From: an uncultured Candidatus Sumerlaeota bacterium
GTDB taxonomy: Bacteria; CAYMEV01
NCBI GenBank assembly: GCA_964389675.1
Contig: CAYMEV010000011.1
Location: 1 to 64,000 of the forward strand
Direction: 5' to 3'
DNA length: 64,000 bases
Shown: one piece after another, positions 48,328 to 56,806 of the stretch
How the letters are laid out: every line of letters begins with the position of its first letter
Position numbering within the stretch: the stretch's first letter is position 1
The notes under the pieces: generated by a model
What the model was told of the DNA's origin: nothing
Seen by the model: only the letters and a program-made list of their open reading frames with translations
Databases searched by the model: none
Translations under genes and position numbers: made by a program

Positions 48328-49680
48328 ATGAAAAATGTGCTTCTTGTAAACCCTCTAATAAGTGATTTTGCAGCCTATGACCTTTGGCTGCACCCTTTCG
48401 GCCTGGAATTCATAGAATATATTATCAGGAAGCATACCGGCTTCAATGTGTATTATATAGATTTTCTAAGAGTAAACAAAGACCTGTATCCTGCCTATTA
48501 TAAAAAGAAGATTTATGGGCAGGGCAAATTTCATAAGACTCATCTCCGTAAGGTAGAAAGCTGTTTTCAGGACCAGTACAGCTTCTACTCTCTTTATGGA
48601 ATGCCTGAAAATATCATTACAGATGCCCTTCTGAAACTCGAAAATATAGACATTATCCTGATAACCTCACTTATGTCATACTGGTATGAAGGAGTAATGC
48701 ACTCGATCAGTATTCTCAGAAAAACACTGGGCAACCTTCCGGTAGTGGTAGGGGGAATGTGGCCCATCCAATACCCCGTCCACAGCCAAAAAATGCTTGG
48801 CAAAACAGAAGACTGCCATGTTATAAATACTCCGGACCTGAACCAGCTTCTAAAATTATTTAAATCCTTACGCCTTATAGAGCATTCAGATAAAATTGAT
48901 ATATATAAAGAATTCAGGGAATTCAGCCAGCAGGAGATTCCCGGTTATATTGATTTTTCACCCGTGATTACATCACTGGGATGCCCCTTTAGCTGTGCTT
49001 TCTGCCTGTCGCCTGTCATGCACAGACACAACTGTATTCAAAGAAATTACGATAATGTCATAAAGGATATATTAAAGGGTGCTTTAATGAATAAGGATAT
49101 TGTTTTCTTTGACGACGCACTGCTTCACAATAAGGAAAAGCATATAAAGCCTGTTCTTTATGAACTGGCCAGAAGAGGGATCAGGGACAGCAGATTCCAT
49201 CTTCCCAACGGCTTAAATACGTCTTTACTCGATGAAGAACTGGCATTCTTGTTAAAAAAGCTCAATTTTACTACCATAAGGCTTTCTGTGGAGGGATTTG
49301 ACACCGCGACAATGCAATATTCAAACAAGAAAATAAATTACAGCAGATTCATTGAGGTACTGAATATCCTTGAGAATGCTGGAATAGAAAGGTCAAAGAC
49401 AGGTTTCTACCTTCTCTTCGGCCTGCCGGGCCAGGATTTTGATGAGCTCAGGGAGTTTGCAGTTGAATATGCAAAAAAAGGGTATTATGTAGGATTAAGC
49501 GAGCTGACACCGGTTCCCGGCACAGAGGTTTTTGATCTGCTGAAAGGAAATAATCCTGAAATATCCCAGGATCCCATAAATATTAATAATTCAACATTTA
49601 TACATAACTTTATGGACATCTCAGAAAAGTTTTTTAGGCTGAAAAAAGAAATCAGATCAATTAGAATGCTTAATAATTAA
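48328..49680 (+). CDS. B12-binding domain radical SAM protein
   Basis: LLVNPLISDFAAYDLWLHPFGL, TSLMSYWY, TSLGCPFSCAFC, FFDDALL, FHLPNGL. Confidence 0.88.
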   Translation: MKNVLLVNPLISDFAAYDLWLHPFGLEFIEYIIRKHTGFNVYYIDFLRVNKDLYPAYYKKKIYGQGKFHKTHLRKVESCFQDQYSFYSLYGMPENIITDALLKLENIDIILITSLMSYWYEGVMHSISILRKTLGNLPVVVGGMWPIQYPVHSQKMLGKTEDCHVINTPDLNQLLKLFKSLRLIEHSDKIDIYKEFREFSQQEIPGYIDFSPVITSLGCPFSCAFCLSPVMHRHNCIQRNYDNVIKDILKGALMNKDIVFFDDALLHNKEKHIKPVLYELARRGIRDSRFHLPNGLNTSLLDEELAFLLKKLNFTTIRLSVEGFDTATMQYSNKKINYSRFIEVLNILENAGIERSKTGFYLLFGLPGQDFDELREFAVEYAKKGYYVGLSELTPVPGTEVFDLLKGNNPEISQDPININNSTFIHNFMDISEKFFRLKKEIRSIRMLNN

Positions 49681-49696
49681 ATAAGGAGTATATAAT

Positions 49697-50530
49697 ATGG
49701 ATATTAAATACCCCAGGGTCAATATCCCGCTGGAACATGCAATTACCCGGAGCCCCAACAGATATACAGTAAGGCCTGGAGATACCCTGGCGCAGATCGC
49801 CAGGAGATTTGACATCACAGCTGATGACCTGATCAGGTATAATAATCTCAAAAACAGGCACAGCCTGACCCCCGGAATGGAGATTGAGATCCCTCCCCAA
49901 AGCAAGGCAATGACTCTTGAAAAGGCAATAAGCATATCCGGTGGAAGTACTTATGCAGCTGCATCAAGGGTAAACCAGTCATGGAATAATTTCATAGGCC
50001 AGAACCATACAAAGGAGATTACAAAAATAAAGGATCATTTAGGGTTTTCAGGAGACATATCGATATCCTACTCAAAGAGATCATATTTTTCCTTAAAGCT
50101 TTTGCATACCATATCATTCAATAATTTTGGAATACAGAGGCCGGAGCCTTTTCTCTCTGCACTTACTATTTTTTATAATGAATCCAGGGATCTGCTTCAA
50201 AAAGCCAGCACAGCCGGCAATACCCCTGTTTCACAGATATCCCGCAGGTCGCTTCAGACACTCCATAATGCTGTAGACTACCTTTCAAAAAGGGATTTTT
50301 CCAAAACAGGCGCAAAACCCTCCAAAATGAATAAAATATCAGATTACTACGGCAAGACAGGATTCAGAAATCTTTCAAATGAAGAAAACAAAAGAAGTAT
50401 TGTAAATGCCCTTATAGAGGTGTTAAACAGTGAAGGTATCACTAATTCAGTTATTTCTGAACCGAATAAGAGTGATTTGACCCAGCTGGATGTTTTTCTT
50501 GCAGGTTTTGGCACAATACTGGGATGGTAA
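49697..50530 (+). CDS. LysM domain protein
   Basis: YTVRPGDTLAQIARRFDITADDLIRYNNL...LTPGMEIEIP; rest unrecognised. Confidence 0.8.
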   Translation: MDIKYPRVNIPLEHAITRSPNRYTVRPGDTLAQIARRFDITADDLIRYNNLKNRHSLTPGMEIEIPPQSKAMTLEKAISISGGSTYAAASRVNQSWNNFIGQNHTKEITKIKDHLGFSGDISISYSKRSYFSLKLLHTISFNNFGIQRPEPFLSALTIFYNESRDLLQKASTAGNTPVSQISRRSLQTLHNAVDYLSKRDFSKTGAKPSKMNKISDYYGKTGFRNLSNEENKRSIVNALIEVLNSEGITNSVISEPNKSDLTQLDVFLAGFGTILGW

Positions 50531-50538
50531 CATATTAA

Positions 50539-51873
50539 TTGAAGACAATAAATTTTGTACCTCCAGATTCCATTTCACTAAATCCGGTATACTCAAATGC
50601 AATCAGGATAATAAAGGTTATTAGAGATGCAGGGCATACAGCCTATATTGCAGGAGGTTTTGTAAGGGATCTCATACTGGAGAGGCTGGACAGAAATGAC
50701 TTCGATATCGATATTGCAACAGAGGCATCCCCTGAAAAAATAAAAAGCCTGTTTAAAAACACAATAGAGGTCGGTATCCAGTTTGGTGTAATAATTGTGA
50801 TCAAGAATGGCCACCAGTATCAGATAGCTACATTCAGGAAGGATGACGAATATCTGGACGGCAGAAGGCCAAAAAAGGTCATATTCACAGAACCTGAAAT
50901 TGATGCAAAAAGAAGGGATTTTACAATCAACGGGCTTTTTTTTGATCCTGTATGCGCAAAAATAATGGATTATGTTGGAGGATTATCAGATACTAAAAAA
51001 GGAGTGATAAGGGCAATTGGCGACCCCTTTCAGAGAATCAGCGAAGACAGGTTAAGAATGCTCAGAGCAGTAAGATTTTCAGCAGTGCTTGGCTTCAGGA
51101 TTGAAGACGCAACACTCAGGGCAATAATAAGCGAAAATGACAGGATCAGGTCCGTCAGCGGGGAAAGAATCAGTGAGGAATTAAAAAAAGCACTTCTGTA
51201 CAATCCCAGACCATCCAGATTCATTAATCTGCTTGATGAATCAGGCCTGTTAAGCCGTATAATCCCTGAAATCCTGCCCCTGAAGGATATAGCCACAGTT
51301 GCCGGTACAAATACGGTTTTAGGGAATATTCTGATCATGCTTGATAATAACGCCTTTAAGGATGACCTTGCAATTATATTTGCAATACTGCTGCATAAAA
51401 CAGGAGCAGAAGCAGGCACAGGCGATCCATTGCAAAGGTCATGTTCTGCAGCCAGAAAGGTCTTATCCAGATTGAGATTCAAAAATAATATCATTAAAGA
51501 TGCGGTCGACATTATTCAAAGCCAGTCAATCCTTGCAGAAGCGAAAGATTTCAGTTCATCGGAGATAAAACGCTTCTATCTGAAGCCAAATATTTTAAAG
51601 CACCTGGAGTTTCTCCGCACCTCCCTGATTGCAGAAAAAAAAGATCCTACGCCATACCTGAATGCCCTGAATGCTTATATCCTCCTTCAAAAAACCTCTG
51701 CTCCCGAACCGCTGATAAACGGCAGAGACCTTATCATGCTGGGAATTGAAAAGGGGCCTGTATATTCTGAGATAATAGATCATATCTTTAACCTTCAGCT
51801 TGAAGATAAAATAGGCAATAAAGCTGAAGCCATTGATTATATCAGGAAGAAGTACCACTTTTTATTTAATTGA
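50539..51873 (+). CDS. cca: Class II tRNA nucleotidyltransferase (CCA-adding/poly(A) polymerase family)
   Basis: GGFVRD, DIDIAT, RRDFTINGL, EDRLRMLRAVRF, SGERISEEL, LINGRDL. Confidence 0.85.
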   Translation: MKTINFVPPDSISLNPVYSNAIRIIKVIRDAGHTAYIAGGFVRDLILERLDRNDFDIDIATEASPEKIKSLFKNTIEVGIQFGVIIVIKNGHQYQIATFRKDDEYLDGRRPKKVIFTEPEIDAKRRDFTINGLFFDPVCAKIMDYVGGLSDTKKGVIRAIGDPFQRISEDRLRMLRAVRFSAVLGFRIEDATLRAIISENDRIRSVSGERISEELKKALLYNPRPSRFINLLDESGLLSRIIPEILPLKDIATVAGTNTVLGNILIMLDNNAFKDDLAIIFAILLHKTGAEAGTGDPLQRSCSAARKVLSRLRFKNNIIKDAVDIIQSQSILAEAKDFSSSEIKRFYLKPNILKHLEFLRTSLIAEKKDPTPYLNALNAYILLQKTSAPEPLINGRDLIMLGIEKGPVYSEIIDHIFNLQLEDKIGNKAEAIDYIRKKYHFLFN

Positions 51874-52007
51874 TTTTCTCTTTAATTCCCTGAAAAGCCT
51901 TTTAATTTAACACTTTGAATATAATTCCTCTGTCTAATTTTTTTTTGACTTAAATATTTAAGGGTTTAATATCAAGGAAGGAATTTTAGAAATTTAAGGA
52001 GGGACCT

Positions 52008-53375
52008 ATGAATGCTCATATATTCCGGGAATATGATATAAGGGGTATTTTTCCTGATGACCTTACAAGAGAGACCGTATCAGATATCGGCAGAGCATTT
52101 GCAAAAAAGATAGTCGATTCCGGCGGTAAGAAAGTAGCTATTGGAAGGGACTGCAGGAACAGCTCAGATGCAGTCTATAACTATCTGATCGAAGGAATAA
52201 TGTCATCAGGGGTAAATGTCGTCAATATAAGCACAGTTCCAACCCCTGTATTATATTTTGCCCTGCATAATCTTGATGTAGCAGGCGGGATTATGATAAC
52301 TGGAAGCCATAATCCTCCGGAATACAACGGGCTTAAGCTGTGCATAGGCAAAGAAGGGCTTTATGGACAGCAGATACAGGAACTTGCAGATATCATCAGG
52401 GCTCAGGACTTCATTACACCTACCTGCTGCGGCAAAGAAGAGGTCTACAATCTGCTTGCCGACTACAGAGAATACCTTTACCAGCATTTCAGCTTTAAGA
52501 AGAAAATAAAGGTGGTTGTGGATTGCGGTAATGGAACCGGGTCAATTATTATCGGGGATGTCCTCAACCACTTTAACCATAATATTACTGAATTATTCTG
52601 CGTTATGGACGGGAACTTTCCAAACCACCACCCTGATCCCACTGTTGAGAAAAATCTCGTATCACTCATTGAAAAGGTCAAAAGTGAAAAGGCTGATATT
52701 GGAATAGCTTTTGATGGGGATGCTGACCGCCTTGGCGCTATTGATGAAAACGGCAGGATAATCTGGGGGGATGAGCTTCTTCTTTTCTTTGCCCTTGATA
52801 TAATTGAAAAGAATAAGGATGCAAAGATAATCGGAGAAGTAAAATGTTCAATGAACCTTTACAATGAGATAAAGAAAGCCGGAGCCAGCCCCATCATGTG
52901 GAAGGCCGGGCATTCCCTTATAAAAGCCAAGATGAAGGAGGAAAAGGCTGTTCTTGCCGGAGAAATGAGCGGTCATCTCTTTTTTGCAGACAGGTATTTC
53001 GGTTATGATGATGCTGTTTACAGTGCTTTAAGGCTTGTGGAAATATTATCCAATACAAATAAAACACTCGGCAAATTCAAAGATTCACTGCCTAAAACCT
53101 TCTCTACTCCTGAAATTAGAATTGACTGCCCTGAAGATATAAAGTTCAAGGTGGTTGATAGGGTGACCAGGCATTTCAAAAATGAATATGATATAATAGA
53201 TATAGACGGGGTAAGGGTAAATTTTCCGAAAGGATGGGGCCTTTTAAGGCCTTCCAATACTCAGCCTGTCCTGGTTTTGCGTTTTGAAGCTTCTACAAAA
53301 GAGGATCTCGATAAATATCAGGCAATATTTGAGGAGGTACTTAAAAACCAGCTGGAGATTCTAAAAAATGACTGA
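52008..53375 (+). CDS. Phosphomannomutase/phosphoglucomutase (AlgC-like)
   Basis: FREYDIRG, ITGSHNP, FPNHHPDP, FDGDADR, GEMSGH, RPSNTQP. Confidence 0.95.
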   Translation: MNAHIFREYDIRGIFPDDLTRETVSDIGRAFAKKIVDSGGKKVAIGRDCRNSSDAVYNYLIEGIMSSGVNVVNISTVPTPVLYFALHNLDVAGGIMITGSHNPPEYNGLKLCIGKEGLYGQQIQELADIIRAQDFITPTCCGKEEVYNLLADYREYLYQHFSFKKKIKVVVDCGNGTGSIIIGDVLNHFNHNITELFCVMDGNFPNHHPDPTVEKNLVSLIEKVKSEKADIGIAFDGDADRLGAIDENGRIIWGDELLLFFALDIIEKNKDAKIIGEVKCSMNLYNEIKKAGASPIMWKAGHSLIKAKMKEEKAVLAGEMSGHLFFADRYFGYDDAVYSALRLVEILSNTNKTLGKFKDSLPKTFSTPEIRIDCPEDIKFKVVDRVTRHFKNEYDIIDIDGVRVNFPKGWGLLRPSNTQPVLVLRFEASTKEDLDKYQAIFEEVLKNQLEILKND

Positions 53376-54174
53376 TCCAATACAAAAAAAGGCTGTACTC
53401 TATTTTCAAAGCCCATTGTTCAAAGAGCTTGAAAAAAAAATAAGCTATGGATTTTTAACCAGATCCGGCAGATTATCAGACGGGACCCAAATCGATCTTG
53501 ATATATCTCAAAGGCCTTCAAATAAGACCAACAGCCTTCTGCTGTATCAGATTATTGCAGACAGCTTTGATATTCTTCACAAAAAGCCCATCTTTTTAAG
53601 CCAGCCTCATAAGAGCGAGATTGCTATAATAAAGGACACACCGAACATGTCAATGATATCTGGTTATGATGCTGTAATAACCACAAACAGGGAAATAATA
53701 GTCAATATACTTACAGCTGACTGCGTGCCTGTCCTTATTACGAACAAAACAGCATCCTTTATCGCTGCACTCCATTGCGGATGGAAATCCCTGCATGCTA
53801 ATATAATACCCAGGACTGTAGAGAAATTCATGCAGATGAGAATAGACCCGGAGGATATCCTTGTATCTGCCGGGCCTGCAATACAATCCTGCTGCTATGA
53901 AGTCAAGGAAGAAATAAGGTATAAAATGAATCTGTTATTTAACCAGGATATAGATGATCTTTTCACAGAACGCGAAAGCAGTCTTTATTTCGATCTTCCG
54001 GGCGCGGTCAGGAAACATTTCCTGATTTCCGGAATTCCCCTGGAAAACATATATATCAACAAGAAATGCACATCCCACAATAAAGGCCTCTTCTTTTCCA
54101 ACAGGAGGGACAAAGACCAGGCAAGGCTTCTGAATTTTATCAGTCTTTCTTATGATATCCAAAAAAACATATAA
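53368..54174 (+). CDS. pgeF: Peptidoglycan editing factor PgeF (YfiH/LACC1 family)
   Basis: QPH, DAVIT, TADCVPV, ALHCGWK, GPAIQSCCYEV, FFSNRR. Confidence 0.9.
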   Translation: MTDPIQKKAVLYFQSPLFKELEKKISYGFLTRSGRLSDGTQIDLDISQRPSNKTNSLLLYQIIADSFDILHKKPIFLSQPHKSEIAIIKDTPNMSMISGYDAVITTNREIIVNILTADCVPVLITNKTASFIAALHCGWKSLHANIIPRTVEKFMQMRIDPEDILVSAGPAIQSCCYEVKEEIRYKMNLLFNQDIDDLFTERESSLYFDLPGAVRKHFLISGIPLENIYINKKCTSHNKGLFFSNRRDKDQARLLNFISLSYDIQKNI

Positions 54175-54652
54175 TATTCTCATATTCTTTCTGCCCTCAA
54201 TAGTAATATTGGCTATCATCATATTCTTTATTATGAAGTCAGAAGCCAAAAGCTATGTAGAGTCCTTAAAGAACAGTTTTGAAAGCAGTAATGTTGACCT
54301 CCTTGTAAGCAACCTGTCCAGATCATTCTACCAGGAAAACAATCTGCTGGAGGATGATGTCAGAAAATGGCTTGAAAATTTTTTTGAAAACTATCATTTT
54401 CCGGAGGTTTATATAAGATACAGAAAGATTGAGAGAATTTCAGATGAAGAATATCAGCTGAAGCTGCTGGTAAGAGTGCTTGCAGTTCCGCAAAAGGGTA
54501 CAGTTGCAGGCATTTATGGAGACAGGAGGGTAATTGTTTTCGGAGATGGGCTGAGAGGGCGCTCAGTCATCCTTAATATCAGCAGGACTTCTGAAGGATT
54601 CATTGTTGACAGTCTTGACATTGGAAAATCCCTTGAAGAGAAGATAAAATGA
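54152..54652 (+). CDS. Membrane-anchored hypothetical protein
   Basis: Single N-terminal TM; overlaps both neighbours. Confidence 0.6.
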   Translation: MISKKTYNILIFFLPSIVILAIIIFFIMKSEAKSYVESLKNSFESSNVDLLVSNLSRSFYQENNLLEDDVRKWLENFFENYHFPEVYIRYRKIERISDEEYQLKLLVRVLAVPQKGTVAGIYGDRRVIVFGDGLRGRSVILNISRTSEGFIVDSLDIGKSLEEKIK

Positions 54653-55341
54653 AATACGGGCATATAATAAAAAACCTGAGATCTGTAAAATCAGAGATTG
54701 ATGAAATACTGGAAAAATCCGGCCGTGAACCTGGAAGCTGCGAACTCCTGGTTGTGACAAAGACCAGGGATGCTGATGAAATAAAGGCTGTTATTGAATC
54801 CGGGCATTTTCTCCTTGGAGAGAACCGGGTGCAGGAGCTTCAGAGGAAACTTGAGCTGTTTCAGGATCATAAGGATATAAGATGGCATATGATAGGCCAC
54901 CTGCAGTCCAACAAATACAAGTACATAGCGGGAAAGGTCAGGCTGATCCACTCTGTTGATTCCTTCAGGCTGATTGATTTTCTTGATACATACTCAGGCA
55001 GGACAGGCCAGGCTCAGGAGATACTCCTTGAATTCAATATTTCTGGAGAAACCAGCAAATATGGATTTGATAAGGATAACATATATCAGCTGATGAAGAC
55101 TATACCTCTGAAGAATAACCTGAAGGTAAAAGGGCTGATGACAATGGCACCATACAGCAGCGATTATGATTTAATATCAGGTATATTCAGGTCCCTTAAG
55201 AAGATTTCAGATCAATTTATGGAGAATAATATACCTGGCTATGAAGGGTCCCTTTCCATGGGAATGAGCAATGACTACCGGGCTGCCATAAAGGAAGGCT
55301 CGACAATAGTCAGGGTAGGGTCAAGGATATTTGAAAAGTAG
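54649..55341 (+). CDS. yggS: PLP homeostasis protein YggS
   Basis: VTKT, GENRVQE, WHMIGHLQSNK, GLMTMAP, LSMGMSND, VRVGSRIF. Confidence 0.95.
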   Translation: MKYGHIIKNLRSVKSEIDEILEKSGREPGSCELLVVTKTRDADEIKAVIESGHFLLGENRVQELQRKLELFQDHKDIRWHMIGHLQSNKYKYIAGKVRLIHSVDSFRLIDFLDTYSGRTGQAQEILLEFNISGETSKYGFDKDNIYQLMKTIPLKNNLKVKGLMTMAPYSSDYDLISGIFRSLKKISDQFMENNIPGYEGSLSMGMSNDYRAAIKEGSTIVRVGSRIFEK

Positions 55342-55406
55342 ATCCTGTTTCATAATTATTGCTTCATATAAATGCTTAAAAAAAATAATAAAAGAGATGA
55401 TGTTTT

Positions 55407-56549
55407 ATGAAGATCAACAGCTTTGAAGAAATAGATATAAAAACCCTTGATCCACTGCCAACCAGTGAAGATCTTGATATATTCAGACAGATCACAAGGA
55501 CAGAGATCACAAAAGAACAGGAAGAGATTATAAAAACACCCCCTGAAAGCTTTCCGGAGTGCAGGACTGTAATGGCAGTTCACTGGCATCCCGAGACTAT
55601 CAGCATGGAACTGATAAGATACCGCATATCCGCCACATTCCCAAATATGAAAAACAGCATCATCATTCCCACCCAGCACAATGTAATGATGTCATGGGAT
55701 GATTATTCAGGGGTTGAAATAGACTGCATGTCAAAGGAATTCAATCGCAAGATACAGCTGCTTATACATATGAAGAATAAAAACAGGGACAGGTCCGCCA
55801 CATTTCTCAATATGCTGAATCACACATTGAGATACAGGTCCAACCAGCTCTATGAATTTATAGATTCAGCGCTCAAACCTGCTCTGGAAGGTAGGCTGGA
55901 GTCTGCAGCAAAAAAAACAGGGACTGAAAAAAAGCTGATACTTTTCATAAGGCATTATATGAGTATTATCAAACAGCTTCTGGACATTAATCAGGAAAAT
56001 TTAACCATAGAAATGGTAAAAAACCGTATTGTAAGAGATTTCTTCGACTGTCTCAGGTACAAATACAGCGATTATATGATTAACAGGTGCCAGGTATTCC
56101 TGAATGAATTAAAATCAATAGTAAAGGATAATTTCAGCCTGAAATATTTCTATAAAGCTCAGGACGTAATATCAGAGGCCAGGATGCTTAACGGAGGTAT
56201 CATAATACCCCACCCGGAACAATTCTGGCCTGTACTTCTTACTGATTATGATGTTGATGGGATAGAGGTATGGAATCCCCGGTCGAGACAGTATTCTGAT
56301 TTCCTTATTGATGTTGTCAATAAAAAGAACCGGTCAGCAGACCATAAGAAGCATCTGCTTGTATTTATGGGAGATGATACTCACATGAGTGAAAAGCTAA
56401 GGCCCCCCCATCTGCAGGACAGGGAAAAATCAGGAAGAGAAATTGGTATTCAGGCTGGCTGGAATGATCCTTCTATCATCAAAAGCCTGAAAAATGCAAA
56501 TTCCAGTAAGGCGGGGATCATTTCAGAATATAAAAGCAGATTAGAATAG
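55407..56549 (+). CDS. Divergent PHP-fold metallophosphoesterase (GAK-associated)
   Basis: VHWHPE, PTQHN, SGVEID, IPHPEQFWP, DGIEVWNP, MGDDTH in PHP motif order. Confidence 0.65.
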   Translation: MKINSFEEIDIKTLDPLPTSEDLDIFRQITRTEITKEQEEIIKTPPESFPECRTVMAVHWHPETISMELIRYRISATFPNMKNSIIIPTQHNVMMSWDDYSGVEIDCMSKEFNRKIQLLIHMKNKNRDRSATFLNMLNHTLRYRSNQLYEFIDSALKPALEGRLESAAKKTGTEKKLILFIRHYMSIIKQLLDINQENLTIEMVKNRIVRDFFDCLRYKYSDYMINRCQVFLNELKSIVKDNFSLKYFYKAQDVISEARMLNGGIIIPHPEQFWPVLLTDYDVDGIEVWNPRSRQYSDFLIDVVNKKNRSADHKKHLLVFMGDDTHMSEKLRPPHLQDREKSGREIGIQAGWNDPSIIKSLKNANSSKAGIISEYKSRLE

Positions 56550-56561
56550 GGAGATTAAAAC

Positions 56562-56795
56562 ATGAAAAGCGAGAAGGATGATTTCAGGTTTGAGTCGTAT
56601 CAGGATAAAGAGACTGTAATAAAGTATCTGACTGCCTTAAAAGACGGCTTTGAAAAAGATGAAATAATACTCAGGACAGCCAAAAATGACCTGAAACTAA
56701 AACCCGGGGGCCTTATACATTTTAAAATCCTGTCAGAACACAGGGAAAACCGTAAAAAGCTTGTTCTGTCATTTTCCTGGAAAGAGGAGGATTAA
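56562..56795 (+). CDS. Amphi-Trp domain protein
   Basis: FRFESYQD....KYLTALKDGF...LKP...LSFSW; 77 aa; context. Confidence 0.8.
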   Translation: MKSEKDDFRFESYQDKETVIKYLTALKDGFEKDEIILRTAKNDLKLKPGGLIHFKILSEHRENRKKLVLSFSWKEED

Positions 56796-56806
56796 TTACT
56801 GGAATT

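Noticed and set aside
55345-55385. Pho box upstream of the GAK-type cassette
   Set aside because: TTCATA, TTCATA, TTAAAA are spaced 14 and 13 bp rather than 11, so direct PhoB control is unsupported.
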